Shown here: positions 8,459-18,403 of the stretch, piece by piece
Layout: the number at the start of each line of letters is the position of its first letter
How positions within the stretch are numbered: the first letter of the stretch is position 1
Source: a virus
Lineage: Duplodnaviria; Caudoviricetes
Strand: one strand, 5' to 3'
Length of the DNA: 64,000 nucleotides
IMG/VR virus record: IMGVR_UViG_3300042542_006078
The notes under the pieces: model-generated
Databases searched by the model: none
The model's input: only the letters and a program-made list of their open reading frames with translations
Told to the model about the DNA's origin: nothing
Position numbers and translations under genes: made by a program

Positions 8459-9454
8459 ATGAACTTCAAGTCTTATAAGTATCGCAAGCTTAATGGTTTT
8501 GAAGAGAAGTTTGTTTGCAGCGTATTAAGTGATATCAATTCAATCATCAAAAAGTGGCATGGCATTTTCCCTAACATCAAGTTCGTCAAGGTAAAACAGC
8601 ATCTTTTCGATTCTCCTTCTGAATTACCTGTTGCCAATGATGCACACAGGGCTGAATTGGCGGCTGATGTTGAAATAATTGCTAATCTCCGACAGCCTCA
8701 CCAGCAGTTGGGAAATAGGACTGTTGATAATGCTGTTCTTGAAGGATACTGTGGTATAGTATATCACTTTGCCAGTAGTTGGTTCAAATCTGATATCAAT
8801 GGTATCACCAAGAATGACATCATGCAAGAGCTATACCTGAAGATCTGGGAAATCATGTACAGGTGGAATTCTGATCGTGGATCTTTGTCAACATTTATTT
8901 GGAAGAGTGTGCAGAATCGAATCTATACGGTTCTCAACACTCAAGGTCGCCCATTGGGTCATCTTCGCACAACCGGATTGTTGTTAATGGCCAAGTTTGA
9001 CAAATTAAGGAAGGCAATGCCTAATTCTGACACATCTGAGATTATTGATTCTATGGACCTGACTGCCAAAAAGAAGCAGCATCTTTTGGACATTCTTGCA
9101 TCAGTTAAACTCAATTCGCAAATGCAGAATTCTGGTCAGAATTCTGATTCTTATGGCGATGACTATTCAGTTCTTGGCAATATTCCCAAGAAAACCGAGA
9201 ACGATGAATTGACACAAAAAATTTATGTCAAAGACATACTTGACAAAAGTAATTTGACACTCAATGAAAGGAAACTTATTGATGCTTCCATGGAACCTTA
9301 TCATGGTTGGCAAACTGATATGGCCAGTAAAATCGTTTCCGAAAAAACAGGCAAGAAATACACTAAAATGAGAATCACGCAAATTCTGCAAAAAGCCAGA
9401 GAGAAGGTTGCTAATACAATTGAGCAGCAAAGAGCAGTTGAGAATGGAGTTTGA
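8459..9454 (+). CDS. Sigma70-family (FliA/SigB-like) sigma factor; the ORF-track extension to 8273 runs through the promoter motif
   Basis: SD GGAG before ATG 8459; region 2 KNDIMQELYLKIWE...RGSLSTFIWKSVQNRI; region 4 LTLNERKLI...YTKMRITQILQKAREKV. Confidence 0.7.
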   Translation: MNFKSYKYRKLNGFEEKFVCSVLSDINSIIKKWHGIFPNIKFVKVKQHLFDSPSELPVANDAHRAELAADVEIIANLRQPHQQLGNRTVDNAVLEGYCGIVYHFASSWFKSDINGITKNDIMQELYLKIWEIMYRWNSDRGSLSTFIWKSVQNRIYTVLNTQGRPLGHLRTTGLLLMAKFDKLRKAMPNSDTSEIIDSMDLTAKKKQHLLDILASVKLNSQMQNSGQNSDSYGDDYSVLGNIPKKTENDELTQKIYVKDILDKSNLTLNERKLIDASMEPYHGWQTDMASKIVSEKTGKKYTKMRITQILQKAREKVANTIEQQRAVENGV

Positions 9455-9558
9455 CAAATAATCGTCTTATCTTGTTAGGGCAGAAGATTTTACGATGGTT
9501 AACCAAAGAAGTATTTTGGTAAAGTTGATTTTGGTCATTCACCGAAAACTGTTACAAG

Positions 9559-10518
9559 ATGACAAGAAAGGCTTTCATGTCTTATAGCATCAGTAGTGTA
9601 GCTTCTTTCATGAAGTCGCAAAAAGAGCGGGAATTAGCCAAGGACAGTGATGATGCAGACTTAGGCCCTCATATCATTGTGGAGAAGGATGGCAACCCTG
9701 CTGCAATCTTTATTGCTCCCAAAACAACAGACAAAATTCAGGCTTGCAAAGCAGCCATGATGTGCAAGATAGGTTTTGACCCCGACAGCATTACTCTTGG
9801 TTTCGATGCTATCATTAGTAGTTTTGGAGATCAAAAAGTTGAAAAAGAATGTATAGTTTTGCAAAAGATCGACAAGGAAAATAAGATTGAAATGGCAACA
9901 ATGCCTTATGAAGTATATGGAGATAAACTTGTTTGGGACGAAGATTTACAACAGGAGTTGGATAATCCAATTGGTATTTTTGGAGATATAGCTGATAAGC
10001 TCATGGCAATTATGAATATCTCGACTGATCATGTTTCTGTTGAAGAAGTTCTTAATGGAGTTTTGTCAAAAGAAGAAATCAGCGAATTTAGTCGTGATAA
10101 GTTCGTGTTTTATACGAGTCGTGCCGCCATGGGATATCTAATGGGAATGGGCTTCAAAATTATTGATCTCATTTCCTATAAGCATCCCGAATGGACTGAC
10201 GCAAAAGAAAATGGAGAGAAAATACTGGACAAAATGGTTGAAGCAGAAATCATTTCTGAAGAACAAAAGAAAAAGCTTTTTGATATTGTGAAGAATCATG
10301 TCGGCACTATTGTTTTCAAGGAAAGATTTGAACATGAGCTTACCGTGGCTAAGTGCAAGTTGCCAAAGAAGATGAAAATCTTTACTTTTGTAAGCATTTT
10401 TGAGCAGATGTGTATCCAGCCAAAGGCAAATGAGTCTTTTATTGATTCTTTGAAAGTTAAAAGCGACAGTGATGATGACTATGATGATGACTATGATGAT
10501 GACTATGATGATGAGTGA
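9559..10518 (+). CDS. Hypothetical protein with acidic DDDY-repeat tail
   Basis: 319 aa ORF; 12-bp GATGATGACTAT x3 at the 3' end. Confidence 0.7.
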   Translation: MTRKAFMSYSISSVASFMKSQKERELAKDSDDADLGPHIIVEKDGNPAAIFIAPKTTDKIQACKAAMMCKIGFDPDSITLGFDAIISSFGDQKVEKECIVLQKIDKENKIEMATMPYEVYGDKLVWDEDLQQELDNPIGIFGDIADKLMAIMNISTDHVSVEEVLNGVLSKEEISEFSRDKFVFYTSRAAMGYLMGMGFKIIDLISYKHPEWTDAKENGEKILDKMVEAEIISEEQKKKLFDIVKNHVGTIVFKERFEHELTVAKCKLPKKMKIFTFVSIFEQMCIQPKANESFIDSLKVKSDSDDDYDDDYDDDYDDE

Positions 10519-10551
10519 CGAGTATTTGATTTCACTAAATGGAGACAAGAC

Positions 10552-10785
10552 ATGGACGAACTGAGCAAGGAAGTCTCAGATGTCATGTGCCGAAGACTTC
10601 AGATTGATAATATCGAGGATGAAAAGGATTGGGAACGAGAATTCCAATCCTTAGATAGTCTTGATTTGATTGATTTGATATTTGTCCTTGAGGATAATTT
10701 TCATGTAAAGTTTCCAGATAAAATTAAAAACGCATCTTTCAAAAATCTAGTTGAATTCATTGGCCTCAATCGTGTTGGTCGTTGA
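10552..10785 (+). CDS. Acyl carrier protein
   Basis: 77 aa, acidic, LDSLDLIDLIFVLEDNFHVKFPD phosphopantetheine attachment motif; SD GGAG. Confidence 0.8.
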   Translation: MDELSKEVSDVMCRRLQIDNIEDEKDWEREFQSLDSLDLIDLIFVLEDNFHVKFPDKIKNASFKNLVEFIGLNRVGR

Positions 10786-10878
10786 TTTTTGACCTTTATT
10801 TTTTTGAGTAGTTGGTGTACTTTTTGTTTGTGCCATAAATGTCAAGGTTGACCTCTGGCACTTTTTTTGGAGTCTGAA

Positions 10879-11163
10879 ATGAAGAATTTTTTCGCATTAG
10901 CCTCTCTTGCTCTGGTTGGATCATCCTTGGCTTTTGCTGGTGATGAGAAGGCTCAGGCATCCAAGGATCAGACTGCTGTTGTAGTAGTCGCCAAGCCATC
11001 CCGTTTTCGTGTTGTGGCAACTCCCGTCCAAGTCGTGAAGACTGAGTTGGTTGCAAAGACAAGTACGATTCCAGCAACTATGGTTGTTGAAGAGAGGAAG
11101 GGTCTTTTCGGAAAATGGAAGACCGTGAATAGCGCCATCGTCATTAAGGAAGGCGCAAAGTAA
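10879..11163 (+). CDS. Small exported protein with signal peptide
   Basis: MKNFFALASLALVGSSLAFA-G signal peptide; SD GGAG. Confidence 0.7.
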   Translation: MKNFFALASLALVGSSLAFAGDEKAQASKDQTAVVVVAKPSRFRVVATPVQVVKTELVAKTSTIPATMVVEERKGLFGKWKTVNSAIVIKEGAK

Positions 11164-11183
11164 AATTAATTTTTGTTCGACCT

Positions 11184-11222
11184 AAAAACGCAGACAGGAT
11201 AAAACCTGTCTGTGTTTTTTTA
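11184..11222 (+). terminator. Intrinsic terminator
   Basis: AAAAACGCAGACAGG/CCTGTCTGTGTTTTT hairpin plus T run. Confidence 0.8.
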
Positions 11223-11321
11223 TAAAATTATTTTTCATGTTAAAAACTGATATCATAAAAAATCATTTGTATCCAAATCAATACAAGGTATGCGTGGAAT
11301 TCAAGATGACGGTGTGGATCA

Positions 11322-11356
11322 AAACTGCTTCGGAATCCCGAGAAGCAAAGCCGAAT
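11322..11356 (+). promoter_or_regulatory. 35-bp motif copy 2
   Basis: AAACTGCTTCGGAATCCCGAGAAGCAAAGCCGAAT. Confidence 0.7.
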
Positions 11357-11408
11357 AGTAGTCATGAAGGTTGTCATCTTGATCAATGACGGATAATGAT
11401 GACAATCA

Positions 11409-11443
11409 AAACTGCTTCGGAATCCGAAGAAGCAAAGCCGATA
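11409..11443 (+). promoter_or_regulatory. 35-bp motif copy 3
   Basis: AAACTGCTTCGGAATCCGAAGAAGCAAAGCCGATA, upstream of the SNF2 gene. Confidence 0.75.
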
Positions 11444-11502
11444 ACTAGTTGTGAGTGAAACTATCCGTCACAAGATGACGGAAATTCGTCCCAAGGAGAC
11501 AA

Positions 11503-13704
11503 GTGATGAGCAAGCTTTTCCCTAACCGTTTCAATGTTCGTTGCAACAAGTGCAAGACCTCTCTCGCTATTGGCGCTGGCCTGACTGAGAGGCAAGAGAA
11601 TTCTGTTTCCAATTTGCCGACCAAGTCCGTATTCATCAACTGGTGCAAAGAATGCTGTCCTCACCGCATTTCGGCACCTTTATCTCAACCACAGGTTCGA
11701 GTTCTAACAAGTGATCTTAAGATCATGATGCCTTACGAGAAGGAAAACCTTCCTCTTGTGAAGAGCCTTCCCGGCGCAAGATGGAATCCTGCTGATAAGA
11801 CTTGGTCTGTCAGCAATAAGCCTGAAGATCGTCGTCGTATTTTGGAAGTTGCAGATAAGATTGGATTGGAGGTTGCTCCTTCTCTCCGTCAAGTCGAATT
11901 GTCGCAGGAAGCTCAATTCGCCAAGTCCTGTGGCCTTTATGACTTTCAGGTAGAAGGAGTTGATTGGCTTGCCAAGAAAGATCGAGCCCTTCTTGGCGAC
12001 GAGATGGGACTTGGGAAGACCGCTCAAGCCCTTTTCAGCATTCCTCGCAATGGTTCTGGTCTTGTTATCTGCCGTGCTAGCTTGATCTATAACTGGAAAA
12101 ATGAGTGTGCCAGATGGCGCAAGGATTTGACCCCTGTTGTGATTCGGGGTCGTGGAAACTTCCGTTTCCCCAAGGCTGGTGAGCTTGTAATCATCAATCC
12201 AGAAATCCTTCCTAATGACTTTGCAACCCGTCCTAACAAGAACGGCAACGAACAATTGGAGCAATACTTTGCTCGCCTTAACGATTGGCGCAATGAAATA
12301 AGGTCCAAGTATCCTGATGCTTGCAACACTAATCTTGTGATTGATGAAGCTCACGACTTCAAAAATCGTAAGGCAGCGAGAACCCGCAAGGTTCGTGAAA
12401 TCGGTATGGTGGCCGAGAGGGTGACTGGCCTCACAGGAAGTCCTCTGACAAATCGACCAGATGATCTTTACGGTGTTCTGGACACACTTGGATTGTCCAA
12501 AGAGGTCTTTGGCAGTTTTGGAAGATTCCAAGAACTGTTCAATGCCTTCCACAATGGTTTTGGCTATCAGTATGGCAAGCCAAATGCCATTGTTCCAGAA
12601 CTTCTAAGAAGGTCGATGATTCGTCGTCTTCGCAAGGATGTTCTCCAACAACTTCCAAGCAAGTTCTACACGAACATGGTTGTTGGCAACGACAACACCA
12701 AGCTTAAGGCCCGTCTTGATGAGATGTGGTCTAAGTGGGAAGGTAGTCTTGTTGATGTTGGCGATCTTCCTCCTTTCGAGGAATTTGCAAGTATTCGTGC
12801 TGAACTTGCAGCTTCCCGAATAGATGCCATGGTTGAGTATGTAGAAAACTGTGAGGAGCAGGAATGCCCCTTGCTTGTTTTCTCCGCTCACCTTGCCCCT
12901 CTCGACGCTTTACTTTGCCGTGATGGTTGGGCAGTCATCTCTGGAGAAACCAAGCCTGAACGCCGTCAACAAATTGTTGACGATTTCCAAGCTGGTCGCC
13001 TCAAGGGTGTCGGCTTGACAATCCGTGCAGGTGGTGTTGGTCTTACTCTGACCCATGCCGCCAAAGCACTCTTTGTCGATTTGGATTGGACTCCCGCTGC
13101 AAACTGGCAGGCAGAGGACCGAATCTGCCGAATCGGCCAAACAAAGTCCAGCGTGGAAATCATTCGCATGGTTTCCGACCATGAGCTTGATCTGCATATC
13201 CAAAATATGCTGATCGACAAGATCGACACAATTGTCAAGGCAATTGACAATACGGTGTCTGGTCAGGTCAACCCCGGTCGCTCTATCCACGATGAGCCTA
13301 AAGGCGAAACCGAGGAAGAGTATCAGGCTCGCATGCAGCGTCTTGCCAACTTTGAGCAAGAGCAAGATGCCAAGCTCAAAGAAGAAGCAAAGCAAAGGGC
13401 TAAGTCAAAGGTTGATGGTATTCATCGTCGTGAATCAGCGAAGGTGAAGTCTCAGCCTCTGCCACTCACTCCAGAGCGTTCCGAACAGGTACGCCGAGCA
13501 TTCAAGTACATGCTCGGTGTATGTGATGGCGCTCAGGAAAGAGATGGTCAGGGATTCAATAAGCCCGATGCTTCAGTTGCTCATTGTCTTTTGACTGCTG
13601 GTCTAGAAAACCAGCAGGAACTTGAGGCGGCTCAAATGATGCTTTGCCGATACCATAGGCAGCTTTCGGCAAGTTATCCTTTGATTTTCCGAAACGCAGC
13701 CTGA
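11503..13704 (+). CDS. SNF2-family helicase with N-terminal Zn ribbon and HARP-like domain (SMARCAL1-like)
   Basis: LGDEMGLGKT (Walker A), VIDEAH (Walker B), LTGSP, GVGLTL, QAEDRICRIGQ; KSLPGARWNPADKTWSV HARP-like segment. Confidence 0.88.
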   Translation: MMSKLFPNRFNVRCNKCKTSLAIGAGLTERQENSVSNLPTKSVFINWCKECCPHRISAPLSQPQVRVLTSDLKIMMPYEKENLPLVKSLPGARWNPADKTWSVSNKPEDRRRILEVADKIGLEVAPSLRQVELSQEAQFAKSCGLYDFQVEGVDWLAKKDRALLGDEMGLGKTAQALFSIPRNGSGLVICRASLIYNWKNECARWRKDLTPVVIRGRGNFRFPKAGELVIINPEILPNDFATRPNKNGNEQLEQYFARLNDWRNEIRSKYPDACNTNLVIDEAHDFKNRKAARTRKVREIGMVAERVTGLTGSPLTNRPDDLYGVLDTLGLSKEVFGSFGRFQELFNAFHNGFGYQYGKPNAIVPELLRRSMIRRLRKDVLQQLPSKFYTNMVVGNDNTKLKARLDEMWSKWEGSLVDVGDLPPFEEFASIRAELAASRIDAMVEYVENCEEQECPLLVFSAHLAPLDALLCRDGWAVISGETKPERRQQIVDDFQAGRLKGVGLTIRAGGVGLTLTHAAKALFVDLDWTPAANWQAEDRICRIGQTKSSVEIIRMVSDHELDLHIQNMLIDKIDTIVKAIDNTVSGQVNPGRSIHDEPKGETEEEYQARMQRLANFEQEQDAKLKEEAKQRAKSKVDGIHRRESAKVKSQPLPLTPERSEQVRRAFKYMLGVCDGAQERDGQGFNKPDASVAHCLLTAGLENQQELEAAQMMLCRYHRQLSASYPLIFRNAA

Positions 13705-13710
13705 TTTTCC

Positions 13711-13760
13711 AAAAAGATGGGGGTCGTCACTTAAATGTGACGGCCCCCATCTTTTTTTTT
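13711..13760. terminator. Strong bidirectional intrinsic terminator
   Basis: AAAAAGATGGGGGTCGTCAC-TTAAAT-GTGACGGCCCCCATCTTTTT. Confidence 0.85.
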
Positions 13761-13834
13761 GGTTTTTTTCCCCAATCTTGAGACAATGTTTACATTCATG
13801 CTTTTTCAAGATAATTTGAACTCACAAGGAGAAT

Positions 13835-14050
13835 TTGATTGTGATCAAGGCTAAGAATTTTGTATGCCCCCGTTGTGGAGGGTCTGTTCCAAATGACCAA
13901 AATAAGGGCGATTATCCCGGTGCTTTGTCAAGAGTCACAAACCATGAAATATGCTCCCAATGTGGAATGGAAGAGGCAATCAGAGATTTCAACAAACTCG
14001 CTCCAATCGGACTTGGAGACTGGTACATTAACAAAAACAGGAATAAATAA
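13835..14050 (+). CDS. Small Zn-ribbon protein
   Basis: CPRCGG...YPGALSR...ICSQCG; SD AAGGAG. Confidence 0.7.
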   Translation: MIVIKAKNFVCPRCGGSVPNDQNKGDYPGALSRVTNHEICSQCGMEEAIRDFNKLAPIGLGDWYINKNRNK

Positions 14051-14052
14051 TT

Positions 14053-14850
14053 ATGTTGATTAATGATGATTATCCCCCAAATAAAAACCACAACATCTCT
14101 TCCCTAGATCTTTCCTACCAACTCTCTATTCAAGAAATGGCTCTAAGCTTTCTGTCAAAACACTTTCTAAATCTTATTTTTGAAAATATGGAACATTACC
14201 TCCAAAATAAGGGTTTTGTTCCATATTTTTTGAACATGCATTTTTCTTCATCAAAAGAACATAGTAAAAATTGGGCTAGTCAGGCCATTCCTGAATTTGG
14301 CGAAAGGATGCATGACAGCTTTTCTTCCTCAGTATGCAAGTATTTGAAGAGAGACGCAAAGTTAGAAATTGACAGCTTGATTACATTTTCAAGTTGGATG
14401 ATTGATGCTGAAAAGAGAAAAATTGTCACAGGAAAATATGACAAATTAGAAGCCGAAGCTAATATGCGCCGAAGCCTTGCTGATTGCATCTCTTGGCTGA
14501 TGATTTCAATTTTGCCTTCTTATTGGAAGATTTATTTTGCTGATTCAGCAAGATATGCCACAATGGATGATCTCGACATCCCTATGACCATGATGGAAGA
14601 ATTTACTCTGGAAAATAAAATCAACATTAAAACAAATATGCAAGAATCTTTTCTAAATTTCAGCAGCCCTAAAGAAGCTTTGAGGATTAGAAATGTGATT
14701 AACACTCAATATGAATTTTTGCAAATGAAACCTCCAAATACAGAAGTTCATTGCTTTCGTAAATCAGACGACAAACTAATTACTTGGGCTAATTTCCCAA
14801 ATGAATTTACACATAAGATTTTAGACCCTAAAAATCTAATTCAAAGTTAA
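14053..14850 (+). CDS. Hypothetical protein
   Basis: 265 aa ORF in a tight plus-strand run. Confidence 0.65.
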   Translation: MLINDDYPPNKNHNISSLDLSYQLSIQEMALSFLSKHFLNLIFENMEHYLQNKGFVPYFLNMHFSSSKEHSKNWASQAIPEFGERMHDSFSSSVCKYLKRDAKLEIDSLITFSSWMIDAEKRKIVTGKYDKLEAEANMRRSLADCISWLMISILPSYWKIYFADSARYATMDDLDIPMTMMEEFTLENKINIKTNMQESFLNFSSPKEALRIRNVINTQYEFLQMKPPNTEVHCFRKSDDKLITWANFPNEFTHKILDPKNLIQS

Positions 14851-14855
14851 CCATC

Positions 14856-15359
14856 ATGAAAAATGACAATCAAAATCACGAAATTGCCAAGTCTTTGCTT
14901 TCAAAGCATGGACATGCTATTCTGAGGCAAAACATTCATAAGTGGACTGATTTGAGAGAAGTGCAAAGATGTTCGGTCATTATTCCAAAAGTAGTCAAGA
15001 ATAAAATTGCAAAACTAAATCCCGAAATAAGTTGGAAAGTAAGTGATGAATTGAAGAAATTAATTTTTGAAAAATTCCCAGAAAAATGGCGGATTTTCTT
15101 TATAACAGGAAAAAGATATGCTCTTGAAAGTGATCTAATTCTTGAATCTCCTCCTTGGGATGATTATGAAAACATCTACGAGGGAATTCATGCTTATCAA
15201 ATGATTTCTTATGCCAAGGAATTTTTCAAGAGTACCGAATCTCTTGGCATTAACATTGATGTTGAAATTCAGGGAATTGATCCTGATGGAAATGTCAATC
15301 CTTACTTGAAGCTTTACAAGTCTCAAATTAAATCAATTCGCATGGGGTTTTCTATATGA
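14856..15359 (+). CDS. Hypothetical protein
   Basis: 167 aa; ATGA overlap with the next gene. Confidence 0.65.
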   Translation: MKNDNQNHEIAKSLLSKHGHAILRQNIHKWTDLREVQRCSVIIPKVVKNKIAKLNPEISWKVSDELKKLIFEKFPEKWRIFFITGKRYALESDLILESPPWDDYENIYEGIHAYQMISYAKEFFKSTESLGINIDVEIQGIDPDGNVNPYLKLYKSQIKSIRMGFSI

Positions 15360-15778
15360 AGAATGAATTTGATATGATTGGTGTTACTGCTATCAAGTGT
15401 TGTCTAAAAAAAAATAGATGGGGATTTGATTATGAAGGCAAGTTTTATGACATGGCACCAGCTAATTTTACCGATTATATGCTGAATCCACTTGTAATCG
15501 GAGTTGACAGGCTTATAAATGTGGGTTGCAGCAAAAAGGGAATTGAAAACCCGGAAAAAGGAATAAACATTCTTTTTTCCCAAAATTATTTTCCTAATGC
15601 TGATGTTAAGTTCACTTATGATGAAATGAAGTTTGATGGTTGGATTTACAAGGTTGAAGAATTAAACCTGAAGGGTCTATTGCCGGGACAATGTGCTTGG
15701 ATTTGCCCCTACATGGGCTTTTATTTTAAGAATCCTCCTGATATTATGTATATCAAGATGGAATCTGTTAATCCTTAA
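15356..15778 (+). CDS. Hypothetical protein (DUF6717-like)
   Basis: C-terminal WICPYMGFYFKNPPDIMY resembles that family, from recall only. Confidence 0.5.
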   Translation: MKNEFDMIGVTAIKCCLKKNRWGFDYEGKFYDMAPANFTDYMLNPLVIGVDRLINVGCSKKGIENPEKGINILFSQNYFPNADVKFTYDEMKFDGWIYKVEELNLKGLLPGQCAWICPYMGFYFKNPPDIMYIKMESVNP

Positions 15779-15796
15779 CCCTCACGGGTCGATGAC

Positions 15797-16066
15797 ATGA
15801 AAATAATTTATGAAGATTCCACCAAGATGCACCAATGCATCTTCTGTAGGAATTGGGATAATTCATGTGTTAGATTCAAGATATTTATTTCAGAAAATTC
15901 AGATCATTTTGTGGATCATGTAAAAAAGAATATTCACCCATCTTATAGAACACTTGAGACATTCAAGTGTTCTATTTGTGATCATTGTCGCAAAAAGGGA
16001 GAAGATTCAGTTATCAGAGAAATTCATGCCTACATGGATGAATACATTGGCAACGAGCATAAATAA
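15797..16066 (+). CDS. Small protein with two CxxC motifs
   Basis: CIFC and CSIC/CDHC. Confidence 0.55.
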   Translation: MKIIYEDSTKMHQCIFCRNWDNSCVRFKIFISENSDHFVDHVKKNIHPSYRTLETFKCSICDHCRKKGEDSVIREIHAYMDEYIGNEHK

Positions 16067-16088
16067 CTTTAACCACGATGGGGGAAAC

Positions 16089-16511
16089 ATGAAGTGCTTT
16101 GTACATCTAGGTTTCGATCCTCTTCCAAAACAAGTTGATTCACCAGCTAAAGCAATTAATCTTGCAGAAGCTGTTCTTAAAGCAGAAAGCGAAGAAGAGC
16201 CTGACAGTAAAATGTTCATTCAATGGAGAAGGGACGAATTTTATCCGAATAATTTTCATGAATACAATATTGAAATATTACAAAAAGAATTGTCTTCAAA
16301 GGGATCAGTCGTTTTGCAGCTTGTTGACATCAACAATGAATTGCCATCATTAGGAAGATCAATCACAATTTTCACAGAAGAAGTTGAAAAAAAGTATGCA
16401 GAAGAAGCTGAAAACGCACTAGAAGAAGCCGAAGATGGCATGGAAATAAAAGCTTTAGATTTGCACGGTGAATCATTCTTGAGGCGTAGAACCCACTACA
16501 AAAAAAAATAA
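16089..16511 (+). CDS. Hypothetical protein (internal start 16089)
   Basis: SD GGGGG before ATG 16089; the ORF-track extension overlaps the previous gene. Confidence 0.6.
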   Translation: MKCFVHLGFDPLPKQVDSPAKAINLAEAVLKAESEEEPDSKMFIQWRRDEFYPNNFHEYNIEILQKELSSKGSVVLQLVDINNELPSLGRSITIFTEEVEKKYAEEAENALEEAEDGMEIKALDLHGESFLRRRTHYKKK

Positions 16512-16646
16512 ATTTTTCAAATTAGACCTTGCAATCGAACAATAAAATTATAGATTATCTTCATAGACGGCACTGGGCCGTTTTTGGCCACCCGTACTTG
16601 ACAGATGGAATCTAGACGGGTAAAGATCGCAAGAGAGGGAATTCGC

Positions 16647-17282
16647 ATGAATCGTTTCTCTTCAGTATTTGGAAATTGGGTAGGCATAGCATCAGCTTTT
16701 GCCGTGACATGTAGCATCGGCTACAACATTTTCCAAACAAATCAAATTACCAGATTGAAAGAAATCAACGAAATCTTCAAAGCGAAGGATTCGTTGATGA
16801 ATGACAGTCTTAACGAAATTCTGATGGCCAGAATCAGCGAAATTCGTGACAACATGTCCGAAATTAATCGCAATCAGGGTAAAGTAGAAGGCATGGTCGC
16901 AGCCTCAATGAATATTGCTCCCGAACAAAATCAGACAAGCGCAATTTGGCACGAAGGTTACTATCGTGGCTTGAAGCAGGTTGGCGAAGTGGAAGAATCT
17001 GCTTACATTGCTGGTTACCATCGTGCTACTGACGACATGGGTTGCCCAGCAAGCGTTCGTGATAAAATGAACGCAGAAGCCCCTCGTAAATATCAACTCG
17101 ACAAGCAAATTGATGCTGAGAGCGAACAATTTAATATGGCCTTGGAAGAAGCCGAAAAGCGCCGTAAGAACATTGAGAATATGAAAAAGAACAGTCAGGC
17201 TAATCCTAACCCTCAGGAAAAAGAATCAAAGCCTGAGTCGAAGCCTGAAACTAAACCAAGCAGCGAAACCCAAACCAAGTAG
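16647..17282 (+). CDS. Membrane-anchored coiled-coil protein
   Basis: SD GAGGG; N-terminal hydrophobic helix WVGIASAFAVTCSIGY then helical repeats GYYRGL/GYHRA. Confidence 0.6.
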   Translation: MNRFSSVFGNWVGIASAFAVTCSIGYNIFQTNQITRLKEINEIFKAKDSLMNDSLNEILMARISEIRDNMSEINRNQGKVEGMVAASMNIAPEQNQTSAIWHEGYYRGLKQVGEVEESAYIAGYHRATDDMGCPASVRDKMNAEAPRKYQLDKQIDAESEQFNMALEEAEKRRKNIENMKKNSQANPNPQEKESKPESKPETKPSSETQTK

Positions 17283-17292
17283 AGGAATCGAC

Positions 17293-17553
17293 ATGGCCAA
17301 GGTCACTATTACTTTTGAAGACAAGAACGAAGGTGTCAGTGTTGAGGTTCAATCTGACCCTCCATTTCCCGAGAAGATGGAAGAAAACGCCATGGAATTG
17401 ACAGATGCCCAGCAAATGGCTTTGTCTTTGACTATGATGTTCGATCAACAAATGCAAGAAGAAAACCAGAACCAGCAAGATTCGGAAGAAACAGTCAAAA
17501 ATCAGTGCTGCGGTGGTGGAAAGTGTCAAAGACCAAAGCAGACTGAAACTTGA
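17293..17553 (+). CDS. Hypothetical protein
   Basis: 86 aa; SD GAGG; CCGGGKC tail. Confidence 0.7.
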   Translation: MAKVTITFEDKNEGVSVEVQSDPPFPEKMEENAMELTDAQQMALSLTMMFDQQMQEENQNQQDSEETVKNQCCGGGKCQRPKQTET

Positions 17554-17572
17554 AATCCACACCAAAATGGTT

Positions 17573-17613
17573 AAGGGGGAAGATCCGATGATCTTCCCCC
17601 TCTTATTTTTTTT
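17573..17613 (+). terminator. Intrinsic terminator
   Basis: GGGGGAAGATC-CGAT-GATCTTCCCCC plus T-rich tail. Confidence 0.75.
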
Positions 17614-17669
17614 AATTATTTAACTTTAATGATGAAGGCATTATCTATTATTTTTAAGAGAAAATTATC

Positions 17670-18050
17670 ATGATAACTAATTTCATGTATCCAGATAAAA
17701 AGAAAGTCAAATACACAATTGAAATTCCTCCAGAACCTCAACTTTTTGATAATTTTGAATTATTTAGACTTTTCACATGTTTAGGATGCTTCACAAGCCT
17801 CATAATTTTTGAAAATTATTTACTTGCTTTTTTTATCTTAGCAGTATGTGGTTTTTTGGCTACATGCATTTGGATAAGCACAATCAGAATAATGAGAATT
17901 AAGAAAAGAATATCATACCTCAAAATCATGAAAAAAATTTACGACACTCCTGTTCTCACCCAAGATGAAAATATTGCCACTTACAAATTTCTAGCACCAT
18001 CAGAAAAGCTGGTAAAGGAAATTCTCTATCTCAATAAAATATTGGACTAA
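17670..18050 (+). CDS. Hypothetical membrane protein
   Basis: Two hydrophobic segments. Confidence 0.55.
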   Translation: MITNFMYPDKKKVKYTIEIPPEPQLFDNFELFRLFTCLGCFTSLIIFENYLLAFFILAVCGFLATCIWISTIRIMRIKKRISYLKIMKKIYDTPVLTQDENIATYKFLAPSEKLVKEILYLNKILD

Positions 18051-18403
18051 TTTTGGCTGTCTTTGCTTTTAATCAACAACTCACCAAGAACTTCAAGCTT
18101 TCCGACAAGCTCTTGAAACTTAGTCTGATTCATTTCTTCAATATTTTCCATGTGGCCATGCAATTCAGTGCATGTCTTGACATATTCTTTTTTCATGTTG
18201 TCGAAATCAAAAACACCATTCGCTACTTTTGAATAAACTGGTAATTTAACCTTGAAATGATGATAAGTCAGCATTGCTGCTCCACCCTTTTCCTTTGCAC
18301 CATTAACAATCTTTTCAGCACCAGATCCACGCTTCTCGGCAAAATCTTGCATTTGCTCAGATGCGCTTTCATTCAAACCACTCAATTTTAACCATGCGTA
18401 CAT
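18047..18403 (-). CDS. Hypothetical phage protein
   Basis: Leader WLKLSGLNES; TAAATA abuts the start. Confidence 0.7.
   Translation of the reverse strand: MYAWLKLSGLNESASEQMQDFAEKRGSGAEKIVNGAKEKGGAAMLTYHHFKVKLPVYSKVANGVFDFDNMKKEYVKTCTELHGHMENIEEMNQTKFQELVGKLEVLGELLIKSKDSQN

Noticed and set aside
11704-13447. Long antisense ORFs within the SNF2 gene
   Set aside because: Fully overlap a well-supported gene; no recognisable motifs
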